This document shows, piece by piece, positions 28,167 through 37,878 of a stretch of 64,000 bases of DNA (its first letter is position 1; each line of letters starts with the position of its first letter). Origin of the DNA: Sphingomonadales bacterium (GTDB lineage Bacteria > Pseudomonadota > Alphaproteobacteria > Sphingomonadales > G965227345). The stretch spans positions 286,527-350,526 of the forward strand of contig OZ245755.1 in the NCBI GenBank assembly GCA_965227345.1. The letters run 5' to 3'. The notes beneath the pieces were generated by a model, which saw nothing but the letters and a program-made list of their open reading frames with translations, was not told the DNA's origin and made no database searches. A program made the translations under genes and the position numbers.

Positions 28167-29142
28167 CTTTAATTGGTGAAGAAGCTTCGCCCCCGATCTC
28201 ATTGATAAAAAATGAGAAATACTGATCCATCTTTTCCAGAAATGCATCCCGATCTTCTGCCGATTTTACATAGGGTGAGCCGCCGGGCAGAAGCGATGAA
28301 CTGTGATATGTGTAACTGAATATCCTGTTGCCGCGCGCAAGCAACGCGCGGGTAAGGCGCTTGTGCTCCGTCAGGGAAATCCCCTCCGGGGTCAAATTGA
28401 TCCGCTCACACAGGCCAAGGCGCGACAATATACCCGGCAGATGCAGCTTGATACCGGCCGGGCGGGCGATCACGGGGTGAATATGATGCCCCCAACGACC
28501 CAGCACACCCGAAAACCCGCTTGTTAACGGCACTTCCAATAATTCTGCCTTGCTGCCAAACCAGTAAGGTTGATCAGGCAATCCCCTGAAATTGGGGCCC
28601 AGTTCCTTGCTAAAATCTGTATGTGGCACCACACTCGCGTCAATTTCATACCCCAGCTTTTCCAGTATTGCCGTCGTTGCCGGGCCATAACCATAACGAC
28701 CCGCTTTATATATGACCGGTCGTTTTCCAATATTTTCGGTGATCAGGTCTGTCAGGTTCACAAGCTTTTTCTCTTCAAGCCCGGCCGGCAAATTTCCCGG
28801 ATAGGAATTGTGCTCGTTCACCTTTTCATCATACGGCGGATTGACCCAGGGGTGCAAATGCGTCCCGACAATACAGCGGGATTCGCGTTGTAGATTGCGG
28901 AAGATTTCTGCCGATACATCCGTAGATGCCACGGGATGATCAATGACATAGGTGGGCACAATGCCATGTCGTTCAAAGACGTCCTGGGCGCGCAACTGTT
29001 CCGGAATACATTTCACGGATCTGTTTTCACGAGCAAACCTTGCCGACCAGTCGAATTCCTCTTCCGTATCAATAACAACGACCAGCTGCGGCCTGATATC
29101 TTTCGGCGCAAGCGGTGTCTCGGACGGTTCAGGATGGATCAT
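28138..29142 (-). CDS. WalW-like / polysaccharide-deacetylase-like protein
   Basis: N-terminal LVVVIDTEEEFDWS pattern. A 334-aa soluble protein, convergent with hydrolase 1 (29-nt 3' overlap). Confidence 0.55.
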   Translation of the reverse strand: MIHPEPSETPLAPKDIRPQLVVVIDTEEEFDWSARFARENRSVKCIPEQLRAQDVFERHGIVPTYVIDHPVASTDVSAEIFRNLQRESRCIVGTHLHPWVNPPYDEKVNEHNSYPGNLPAGLEEKKLVNLTDLITENIGKRPVIYKAGRYGYGPATTAILEKLGYEIDASVVPHTDFSKELGPNFRGLPDQPYWFGSKAELLEVPLTSGFSGVLGRWGHHIHPVIARPAGIKLHLPGILSRLGLCERINLTPEGISLTEHKRLTRALLARGNRIFSYTYHSSSLLPGGSPYVKSAEDRDAFLEKMDQYFSFFINEIGGEASSPIKVRDLYRKAA

Positions 29143-29588
29143 CAGTCTTCACGCCCTTTTCCCTGCCCGGCATCACGAAGGTCTTTTTTACCTGTGGTGC
29201 GTCAGGATCATTCACGGTTGACCATTTAATCACATACAAAACGGCACAGACAAAAAGCAAAAAGGCGAGTGGCTCTATCAGCCCCATAACTAAATTCCTA
29301 ACGATCGGCTCAAAATACGATATATCGCATTCTAAAGGCTATTTGCCAAAATTTCCCTAACATTTGGCATCAGGAAACGGTAATCTGCGAGATATCCACT
29401 GGCGCGTAAAGTCATTTAACCGGAAGTCTGATGAGCGCATCGTTTTATTTTGGAAAAAATCGGGGTATTCTCTGGACTTATGCACTGAATTTTAACATGC
29501 ACGGGTTAGATTTGTCACAATACCTGAATTGGGCCCCTGAATATTGCCAGAATGTAAATGGCATACCAAATGTGAAGCGCCTCGAAAT

Positions 29589-30935
29589 ATGCTAAGAAGT
29601 TTATTCGTCTTTTTGACTATTTTTGCCTCCATTCCCTTCATCATCATGAAGCCACATGTCGGGATTTTGGTATGGTCGTGGATTTCCTACATGAATCCTC
29701 ACCGGCTGACCTATGGCATAGCCTTTCACTTTAACTTTCTTGACTATGTAGCCGTAGCAGCCCTGTTTTCAGCACTCATCACCCGCGAACCCAAGAAGCT
29801 GCCCAAGCACCCACTGGTTTATCTTCTGGCCATCTACCTGTCCTGGGTCACGCTGACGACCGTCTTTGCGGCCCTGCCGGACATGGCGTGGGAAAAGTGG
29901 ATGAATATCTTCAAGATCATGCTTTTCACATTTATGACCCTGATGTTCATCAACACCAAAATGCGACTACAGGCGCTGATGTGGGTCATTGTTCTGTCGA
30001 TCGGCTTCTTTTCCACCAAGGGTGGGCTGTTTACCATTATGACGGCCGGGGCAAACCGGGTCTGGGGCCCTGTCGGCACATTTTTTGGTGATAACAACCA
30101 CTTTGGCCTTGTGTGCGTGATGATGGTGCCGATGTTCTTTTACATGTACCTTCAGGCCCGGAACAAGTTCCTGAAATGGGGCCTGTTCTTTATGGGTTTT
30201 TGTACCCTGGTATCGATTTTTGGTACCCAGTCGCGCGGGGCGTTTGTGGCACTTGGCGCTATGCTTTTCTTCCTTGTGTGGAAATCCAAGCGCCGTATGG
30301 TCGGCATCATATTCATGGTCTTTGCTCTGGGGCTGGGTCTGGTATTCATGCCGCAGGGCTGGCGTGACCGAATGGAAAGTATTGAAAACTATCAGGATGA
30401 CGCTTCCGCTCAAGGCCGGTTGACAATGTGGAAATTTGCTATTGACGTGGCAAACGACAATCCCGTTCTTGGCGGCGGCTTCAACGTTTTCTACCACGAA
30501 GGTTATCGCGCCTATTATCTGGCCCCCGGGGCAGAAGGCCGCGCCGTACACAGTATCTATTTTGAGGCCCTGGGCGAACATGGATATATAGGCCTTATCC
30601 TGTTCCTGATGCTGGGCATTACGACCTATCTGACCAGTAATGCCATTGTCAAACGAACAAAGGAATATCCAGACCTGAAATGGGCACAGGATCTGGCCTC
30701 CATGATGCAGGTCAGTCTTGTTGGCTATGCCGCTGCCGGTGCCTTTCTTAATCTTGCAACATTTGACCTGTTTTATCATGTCATTGCCATTACAGCGATT
30801 ACTGCGATATTAAGTAACAAGGAAATCAATAAGAAAATTGAAAGTGCGGCAGCGCAGAACCCCGCCCCCAAACAGCCAGTACGAAATTTACACACCCCCG
30901 TTCCAGCGGTGTCCAGACAACCACGAAACAAGTAA
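29589..30935 (+). CDS. O-antigen-ligase/polymerase-like (Wzy_C) membrane protein, exosortase-A-associated type
   Basis: Polytopic membrane protein starting MLRSLFVFLTIFASIPFIIMKPHVGILVWSWISYMNPHRL. A large periplasmic loop carries GTQSRGAF and the H-containing VHSIYFEALGEHG. Confidence 0.8.
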   Translation: MLRSLFVFLTIFASIPFIIMKPHVGILVWSWISYMNPHRLTYGIAFHFNFLDYVAVAALFSALITREPKKLPKHPLVYLLAIYLSWVTLTTVFAALPDMAWEKWMNIFKIMLFTFMTLMFINTKMRLQALMWVIVLSIGFFSTKGGLFTIMTAGANRVWGPVGTFFGDNNHFGLVCVMMVPMFFYMYLQARNKFLKWGLFFMGFCTLVSIFGTQSRGAFVALGAMLFFLVWKSKRRMVGIIFMVFALGLGLVFMPQGWRDRMESIENYQDDASAQGRLTMWKFAIDVANDNPVLGGGFNVFYHEGYRAYYLAPGAEGRAVHSIYFEALGEHGYIGLILFLMLGITTYLTSNAIVKRTKEYPDLKWAQDLASMMQVSLVGYAAAGAFLNLATFDLFYHVIAITAITAILSNKEINKKIESAAAQNPAPKQPVRNLHTPVPAVSRQPRNK

Positions 30936-30947
30936 ACGGAATATTCA

Positions 30948-32048
30948 ATGACAAAGAAAATTGTTCATCTTATCGCTGCCGCACGTCCTAACTTTATGAA
31001 GGTGGCGCCTCTTTACCATGCACTGAACAAGGAAGACTGGTGCGATGTAAAGTTGATCCATACCGGTCAGCATTATGATGCCAACATGTCCGACGCTTTC
31101 TTCCGCGACCTAAGCCTTCCCAAGCCGGATTTCCATCTGGGCGTTGGCAGCGGGACCCATGCCGAGCAAACGGGCGGCGTGATGATCGCCTATGAAAAGA
31201 TTTGTTTTGAGCATCGTCCGGACTGGATTGTTGTGGTTGGCGATGTGAATTCGACGGCGGCATGCGCAATGGTCGCGACCAAGCTCCTGATCCCGATTGC
31301 CCATCTGGAGGCCGGCCTGCGCAGCGGTGACAGGACCATGCCTGAAGAAATCAACAGACTGGTCACAGATGCGATTGCTGACATTCTGTGGACTCCCTCA
31401 CCTGATGGTGATGAAAACCTGACACGTGAGGGTGTACCGGCCCACAGGATTGAACGGGTCGGAAATATCATGATGGATTCTTACGAGTTACTCCGTGACA
31501 GGATTGAAACTGAAAACGCGCCCGCCAAATATAATCTGACGCCCGGCACATATGGTGTTGTTACCCTTCATCGCCCCTCGAATGTGGACCATGAAAAGGT
31601 ACTGTCAACGCTCGTCCAGCAACTTGTCGCCGTCTCTCGTCAGGTGCCATTAATTTTCGCCGTACACCCGCGCACACGTGCAAACCTGACAAAGTTTGGT
31701 TTATTTGATACCCTTAACGACTGTGAGGGCATCACGCTTGTGGAACCGGTGAGTTACATTCCCTTTATGAGTCTGGTTGGGCAGGCAAAACTGATTATCA
31801 CGGATTCTGGCGGCGTCCAGGAGGAAAGCACGTATCTGGATATTCCGTGCCTGACCCTCAGAGAGAATACAGAACGGCCGGTTACCGTTACGGAAGGTAC
31901 CAACCGTCTGGTCAAGCCCGATATGCTGGCTGAAAATGTACAACTGGTGCTGGATGGCAAGTGGCCAAAGGGGCGCAAGCCGGAAAAATGGGATGGCGGT
32001 ACGGCCCAAAGAATAGTCAATAGTTTGAAGAGACATCTGTCTGTTTAG
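30948..32048 (+). CDS. wecB: UDP-N-acetylglucosamine 2-epimerase (non-hydrolysing)
   Basis: Motifs RPNFMK, HTGQHYD, GDVNST, HLEAGLRS, PEEINR, TDSGGVQEE and ERPVTV. Confidence 0.9.
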   Translation: MTKKIVHLIAAARPNFMKVAPLYHALNKEDWCDVKLIHTGQHYDANMSDAFFRDLSLPKPDFHLGVGSGTHAEQTGGVMIAYEKICFEHRPDWIVVVGDVNSTAACAMVATKLLIPIAHLEAGLRSGDRTMPEEINRLVTDAIADILWTPSPDGDENLTREGVPAHRIERVGNIMMDSYELLRDRIETENAPAKYNLTPGTYGVVTLHRPSNVDHEKVLSTLVQQLVAVSRQVPLIFAVHPRTRANLTKFGLFDTLNDCEGITLVEPVSYIPFMSLVGQAKLIITDSGGVQEESTYLDIPCLTLRENTERPVTVTEGTNRLVKPDMLAENVQLVLDGKWPKGRKPEKWDGGTAQRIVNSLKRHLSV

Positions 32049-32098
32049 CATTTATTCAGATAAAACAGCCATGATGTCTGCTTGTTTGAATAAGGTGC

Positions 32099-33382
32099 AT
32101 GAATTTTCAAATGAGTATGAAAGAGAGATTAACCCGATTCTTTCGCGATCTGGATGCAAGGGTGGCCGATCACGTCGGCCCCATACGTGTGTTATTTGTC
32201 GTTCGCAATGAAATCGGCTTTGCCAATCAGGCGCCTGTCATCCGGGAGATGCTCAACAGTCGCGAGATTTCCATACGCACCATGCCTGACACCGAAACGG
32301 GATCTGTTTTATTTACTGACCCGGAATTGAAATCCCTGTACCAAAGCCTTGAAATCGCCCCGATAACAGCTGTCTTCAGGAAATGGCATTATCGAATTTG
32401 TACCGACATGTTAAATACCTATTTCAAGCGGGATTCAATTCATATCACGATCGGACACGGCGCCTCGTTTGGTAATCTGGCAGCGGGTAAGGACTGGATC
32501 ACCCAGCAGGCACTGCAACCCTCGCTGAGTATGCTTTTTGGCACCAGCCCCTGGTTAAAAAAGCATATAGAATCAGGGCATCCCGGCCTCTTCAATCCGG
32601 AAAAGAAACTGTTTATTGCAACAGGGTTCCCCAAGCTTGATGCGCTGGTGAATAATACATTCTCACGAGAGGAAACACTGGCGGCACTTGGCTTGCCAAC
32701 TGACCGGAAAACCGTTCTGGTCACCTCGCACTGGACACCATCATCCATCCTTGCCACGTGGAAGGAAAACATTATTGACAATCTGGCACCATTGGATGAT
32801 GAATTGAATGTCATTGTAACTGCGCACCCCAATCTCTGGAATGAAGTTGAGGAAAACGGTCTGGATGGCCAAAAACTGTGGCAACAACTAAAAGTCAGGG
32901 AACAGGAACATACGAATATTCGTGTTATAAAGTCTGGCAATTCCCTGAAATTGTTACACGCAGCTGACCTGCTGATTTTTGATAACAGTTCAATTCGGGT
33001 AGAATATTCAGCTCTGGATCGCCCCGCCCTGTTTTTCAAGAACCCCGATCATCATTTTTTTTCGCCCGTCACACAAAAACTGTATGAAGAAAGTGCTGAC
33101 TGTTTTTCGTCTCTGGATAATTTTGCCGAACTGGTTCTCGCCGCTTTGGAAAACCCGGAACGGAATATGCAGGGGCGCAGGGCCTTGCAGGATTATTTTC
33201 TTTGCAATGTCGGTAAAAGTTCAAAAACAATCACTGACATCATATTGAAGGTTGGCAGGATATCAAATCAAAGGTCTGCGAACTGGTCAAAGGCGGCGTC
33301 GCTGTATACCCGAAGCGGTCAGGAAAATGCAAAATCTGACACCCGGATAGAAAGTTCTGCCGTCTATCCATCTACACAGTAA
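32099..33382 (+). CDS. TagB/TagF-like (CDP-glycerol glycerophosphotransferase fold) protein, paralogue 1
   Basis: Colinear with the TagF catalytic-domain landmarks: IGHGASFG, GFPKLD, VLVTSHWT, VTAHPNLW and ADLLIFDNSSIRVEYSALDRPALFF (compare D-x-LITDYSS ... FD ... L-x-KP-x-IFF). Confidence 0.55.
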   Translation: MNFQMSMKERLTRFFRDLDARVADHVGPIRVLFVVRNEIGFANQAPVIREMLNSREISIRTMPDTETGSVLFTDPELKSLYQSLEIAPITAVFRKWHYRICTDMLNTYFKRDSIHITIGHGASFGNLAAGKDWITQQALQPSLSMLFGTSPWLKKHIESGHPGLFNPEKKLFIATGFPKLDALVNNTFSREETLAALGLPTDRKTVLVTSHWTPSSILATWKENIIDNLAPLDDELNVIVTAHPNLWNEVEENGLDGQKLWQQLKVREQEHTNIRVIKSGNSLKLLHAADLLIFDNSSIRVEYSALDRPALFFKNPDHHFFSPVTQKLYEESADCFSSLDNFAELVLAALENPERNMQGRRALQDYFLCNVGKSSKTITDIILKVGRISNQRSANWSKAASLYTRSGQENAKSDTRIESSAVYPSTQ

Positions 33383-33451
33383 TTTGTCCTCTCTTTCCCG
33401 CCGAATTAGTGTAACCTTGCAGACCGGTTTACACTCGAACACAAGTCTGCA

Positions 33452-34666
33452 ATGAACATTAAAACCAGGGTTCTTTCAGGAATACGGCTGCTTGACGACA
33501 TGATCACGGAGCATTTTGGTCCGATCAGGGTGATTTTTGTTGTCCGAAACGAAATGGGTTTTGCAAATCAGGCCCCCGTTATCCATGAGCTGGAGAAAAA
33601 CCCGGAAATAATGATCGCCACAACCTCTGACGGTGAGGAGAATGATTTTCACTTCGAGGATGATGCCCTTCGCATTTTATATGAAAAATATAAAATCTCG
33701 CCGATTACCGCAGTTTACAAGAAATGGCATTATCTTGTTTGTACCGATATCCTGAATCTATATTTCCGTCGGGATGCTGTTCATGTTGCCATCTCACACG
33801 GATGTTGCTTCGGCAATGGCAACGAACGAACAAACTGGATTGTAAACGAAGCATTACAGCCTTCCGTGAAAATGGTATTCGGCCATAGTCCCTGGCTCAA
33901 GCACTATATCGAGGAAACAGCCCCGAAGGCATTTGAAACCGGTGACAAGCTGTTCTTTGCCACGGGCTTTCCAAAGCTGGACTCTCTGTACAACGGCAAA
34001 TATTCGCGTGATCAAACGCTTGGGTCTTTTAACCTGTCTCCGGCGCGGAAAACAATCCTGATCAGCTCACACTGGACCCCCACATCGCTTCTGGCAACAT
34101 GGCAGGAAAAGATTGTTCAAAGTCTTGTGAACATCGCAGCAGACTATAATATTATTGTCACCGCCCATCCAAAATTATGGAAGATCAACAGTTCGGATGG
34201 ATTCAATGGGAAAATACTGTGGAAAAAGCTGAAAGAAATTGAAGAATCAAATGCAAATATCAGAGTAACACAGTCCAGCAATTCCCTCAGTCTGCTAAAT
34301 GCCACCGATTTACTGATATGTGACAACAGCTCCATACGTGTTGAATATGGTATTCTGGACCGCCCGGCACTGTTGTTCAAACACCCCGATTTTCAGTTCT
34401 TCTCACCGGTTACACAAAATTTGTATGAAGACAGCTCGTCCTGCTTCTCGTCACTGGAGAATTTCCAAAATCTGGTGCAACATACGCTGGAGCATCCGAT
34501 GGAGAAAACGTCGGGCCAGTTGGCACTCAGAGATCATTTCCTGCATAATCCTGGGAATGCCGCCAAATGCATATCTACAATTATCGAAAAAACAGGGCGC
34601 ATATCAAGCCCTAATTCTCCAGCCTGGAAAAAAGCCGTCAAATTAAGCAAACAAATGTCAGGTTAG
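33452..34666 (+). CDS. TagB/TagF-like protein, paralogue 2
   Basis: Similar over its full length to the preceding gene: ISHGCCFG, GFPKLD, ILISSHWT, VTAHPKLW and TDLLICDNSSIRVEYGILDRPALLF. Confidence 0.55.
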   Translation: MNIKTRVLSGIRLLDDMITEHFGPIRVIFVVRNEMGFANQAPVIHELEKNPEIMIATTSDGEENDFHFEDDALRILYEKYKISPITAVYKKWHYLVCTDILNLYFRRDAVHVAISHGCCFGNGNERTNWIVNEALQPSVKMVFGHSPWLKHYIEETAPKAFETGDKLFFATGFPKLDSLYNGKYSRDQTLGSFNLSPARKTILISSHWTPTSLLATWQEKIVQSLVNIAADYNIIVTAHPKLWKINSSDGFNGKILWKKLKEIEESNANIRVTQSSNSLSLLNATDLLICDNSSIRVEYGILDRPALLFKHPDFQFFSPVTQNLYEDSSSCFSSLENFQNLVQHTLEHPMEKTSGQLALRDHFLHNPGNAAKCISTIIEKTGRISSPNSPAWKKAVKLSKQMSG

Positions 34667-36082
34667 GGCATCGGAGCGAACACTGCCGCCTGCAGGGCCA
34701 AACCCGTCCTGTGACACTAATACTGCATCAGTCACAACCGGTTGGTTCGCCATCAGCTGATCAAGCCTGTTGAAAAGTTCCTGTGCGAGGATCTCGCGAC
34801 TATTCAACTTTACCCATGCCTGCCGCTGTTGACCAGACCAATGACTGCTGAATTCAGGGGTCGATAACATGTCCAGCAACCTTGAAAGGGCAAAGTCGAG
34901 GCCCTGGCTGTTTCCGGCCTCGACAAATATACCCGCGCCCAATCTGGTCACAAGATCACTTGTATCGCCAGCTTCTCCATAAACCAGAACAGGACGGTCT
35001 GTTGCTATATATTCAATAACCTTGCCCGGCCTGTAGCGTTCCAGATCCCGCGTGCTCAAGGCGAGCAGCGCGTCACTATTGTGTGTTGCCGCAGAAGCCT
35101 CAGGCTTTGGCAGAAAACCTTTCACTTCTATGCTCTCCGGGAAGGGAAACCTGTTAATCATCTCCAGCACCGACGGGGACTGCTTGCCGATAAATCGCAA
35201 GCCAATATGCTTTTTCAACTCTGGCCGCTTGCCCAGCACACCTGCAAGATCGTGCAAAAACCTGTCAGGAGAAACGTATTCCGTCAGATTTCCGATAAAA
35301 TTCAAATAAAAGCGTGACAAATTCTGGCCCAGCTGGCCCTTATGTTGCGGCTGTATATCCTGGGCGTCAGATGCCAATGCATCCCACCCGTTTGGCATAA
35401 CCGAACATTTTTCAGGCGCCAATGCCGGGAAAACCTTTAACTGATGCTCCTGCATACGATCTGTTGTGAAGAAAACATGATCAGCCCGTGCCAGACAACG
35501 CCGCTCCCAAAACCGGTCCATTGGCGATCTGGAGACAAAATCAAACGGACATTCCGTCCACTCATCCCGGTAATCAAGCACCAGTTTGGAACCAAATTTC
35601 CCGGCGATCCACATGGCAGCAACAAAGCTGGCAAAACAGGGACCTGTCGCCACAATCATCCCCGGCGGGTCATCAGAGAACTTTTCAAGCGCCCGCCTGT
35701 ATAACACCAATGCTGTGGTAAAACCGCCATCAAGCCGCGGGGACAAGGACCAGCTGGGTGTTAAGCAGGATTCTTCGGCATATTCGATATGTACATTATC
35801 CGGCACCAGGCTTTTTAGATACTCGCCAGCCTCGTCAATCTTGTTGGAAAGTTTTAACCCAAGACCCGAAACCTTCCAGCCATGTTCCTGACCGTATCTC
35901 ATCCAGGAAGTAGGTCTGTAAACACCTGCCCCTACATATGGCGGCAATAATTGGGCAACAATCAGAATTGATTTCTCCGACGGGTTTTTATGAAACCTTT
36001 TCTGACGCCCCGGGAAACTCGCTGAACACTCAGCCAGCAGCCATTGATAATAAACCGATAAAGTGGAACGAATATCTGCCAT
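34658..36082 (-). CDS. GT-B-fold glycosyltransferase
   Basis: The C-terminal half carries a GT4-like nucleotide-sugar-binding pattern (RYRPGKVIEYIATDRPVLVYG ... GAGIFVEAGN). Convergent with the TagF-like paralogue 2. Confidence 0.6.
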   Translation of the reverse strand: MADIRSTLSVYYQWLLAECSASFPGRQKRFHKNPSEKSILIVAQLLPPYVGAGVYRPTSWMRYGQEHGWKVSGLGLKLSNKIDEAGEYLKSLVPDNVHIEYAEESCLTPSWSLSPRLDGGFTTALVLYRRALEKFSDDPPGMIVATGPCFASFVAAMWIAGKFGSKLVLDYRDEWTECPFDFVSRSPMDRFWERRCLARADHVFFTTDRMQEHQLKVFPALAPEKCSVMPNGWDALASDAQDIQPQHKGQLGQNLSRFYLNFIGNLTEYVSPDRFLHDLAGVLGKRPELKKHIGLRFIGKQSPSVLEMINRFPFPESIEVKGFLPKPEASAATHNSDALLALSTRDLERYRPGKVIEYIATDRPVLVYGEAGDTSDLVTRLGAGIFVEAGNSQGLDFALSRLLDMLSTPEFSSHWSGQQRQAWVKLNSREILAQELFNRLDQLMANQPVVTDAVLVSQDGFGPAGGSVRSDALT

Positions 36083-36167
36083 GAGTAATTATTTACGTTA
36101 TGGAATTAAAGTTACGCATTTAGATACATAGTAGAAAGCTACGCAGCCCACAAACTATTTTTAATAG

Positions 36168-37558
36168 TTAAGACAGATTTTCCTGCCGGCGCCCCGGAAA
36201 CCCTGATTCTGATCCCTGTTTTTTCAGAGTTTCTGTCAGGAACGATTTCAACTTCTCAAATTGCTCAATGCGTGAGTAAGGCTGAATCAGCGTCTTGTCC
36301 GTACCCGAAACCATGCCACTGCCCTTCTGGTCCAGCCATTTCCTTAGTTGACCGGCGATTTCCTCGACGTCATTCGAGACCAGACCAAAACCGTTCCTGT
36401 TTATAACATCAGCCGCTTCACCCGTTGTACTTCCGACAGAAAGCACAGGCCGACCTGCACCGATATATTCAAAAAGCTTCCAGCCAGAACACCATTTTCT
36501 TCCGGGCTGTCCCACCTCAACAACAGAAGGATATCGGAGCGCTGTTGCAGTTTTAAGACATCCTCACGAGATACCAGCCCCCCTACGTCAACAAGATGCT
36601 CTACATGATGAGTGCGCGCCATCTGCTGAACAGGCTCAATATATTCGTCCGGCATATAGAAATGAACACGTATATCATTGGCATCAGCGCCCATTTTCTC
36701 CATAGCCTCAAAAAGCGCCGACGGGTCGCGGCGCCCCGGATAGATGCCCCCGGCATACAATATGGTCAGCTTGTCGCTGCTCATTGGTTCAATACGGGCG
36801 GTATCTTCATAGTCATCCGGATCAAAGCCATTCATTACAAATGCCACGGGCTTTTCATATATTTTCTGCAGATGGTCAGCCCATGTTTGAGTCACAGTAA
36901 CCAGACCGGAACAACTTGCCAGTGTGCGACGTTCCAGCGGTCGTTCAATCAGGTGACGCAACCAGCTGCCATCATAATAAGGATGATCGACCCACAGATC
37001 CCTGTACTCGCAAAACCACGGAATGTTAAATTCACGCGACAATTTGCTCGCGACCAGCAAGGATGTATGGGGTGGCGCGCTGGCATAGATCAGGTCAGGT
37101 TTCCAGTCAGCCAGCATCCGCCGCCCTTCGCGTATGGCGTGCGGATACCATCCAATCCGTCCGTCCGGAACACTGACCATGCCGGTATAAAGCTCCCTGC
37201 CCCGGTTCTTTATTCGCCTGAAACAGGGGCCAAGGCGTCCGGGCTGGACATTCTTCGGTTTTGGCATTGCCTCTCTGGCCGGCCCTGTCTGGTCTTGCTC
37301 ACCCTTGCCAGACCGGAACATTCCTTTCACACGGCCCATCACATTTGAAGGCATGTCTGCAACCTCAAAAACAGGCGTGAAATGCACCAGTTCTTCCGGC
37401 ACTTCCAGTTTCATAACCGGCGGATAATGGGTGTTATGTGCTGCCAGCACACGTATATCGTCGCCACGACCATGAAAGAATTTTGCGAATTTATTGACCC
37501 GCGTTGCGGCGATAGGCGCGAAGGGAGGAAAAAATCCCGCAACCAGTAATATTTTCAT
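36168..37558 (-). pseudogene. GT-B-fold glycosyltransferase interrupted by a single frameshift (or a sequencing error)
   Basis: The N-terminal frame (MKILLVAGFFPP ... LLLLRWDSPEENGVL) runs into a stop at 36401. The C-terminal continuation (SGWKLFEYIGAGRPVLSVG ...) is in another frame, ending at 36168. The frames overlap around 36480-36500, next to a T4 run at 36495-36498. Confidence 0.6.
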
Positions 37559-37878
37559 GTTCCGACTTTCAATATAGATCCACTGTGCCCGCACAGGTAT
37601 TCCATACCTGATATTCAGTCTTTAGACAAAAGATGACTTGAAAACATCTGTAACATTCTCAAGTTAATAGCAACTTACAGGTATCGGCTTAATTTGAACA
37701 AAAACTCATGTCAGTATATTTCCGGCATAATTTTAACAGTCTGTTATACTGGGAATAATATCATCGTTGAGTTCGATGGCGCAGCGTGCCATTTTATCAA
37801 CCGACAGGGAACCGACGATTGCAGCAGCACGAAAGTCATCGGTATCAAGACGTTGTGAATTACAGGACAGTGGGAAAT

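Noticed and set aside
29365-29385. TGGCATCAGG upstream of the O-antigen-ligase-like gene. It shares 10 nt with the -24 region of the 39780 promoter.
   Set aside because: No TTGC -12 element follows at the required spacing, so it is probably a coincidence.
37807-37823. A sigma-54-like element GGGAAC-N6-TTGCA upstream of the lectin gene.
   Set aside because: The GG-to-GC spacing is one nucleotide too long and the -24 box is poor. Sigma-54 promoters tolerate spacing changes badly.
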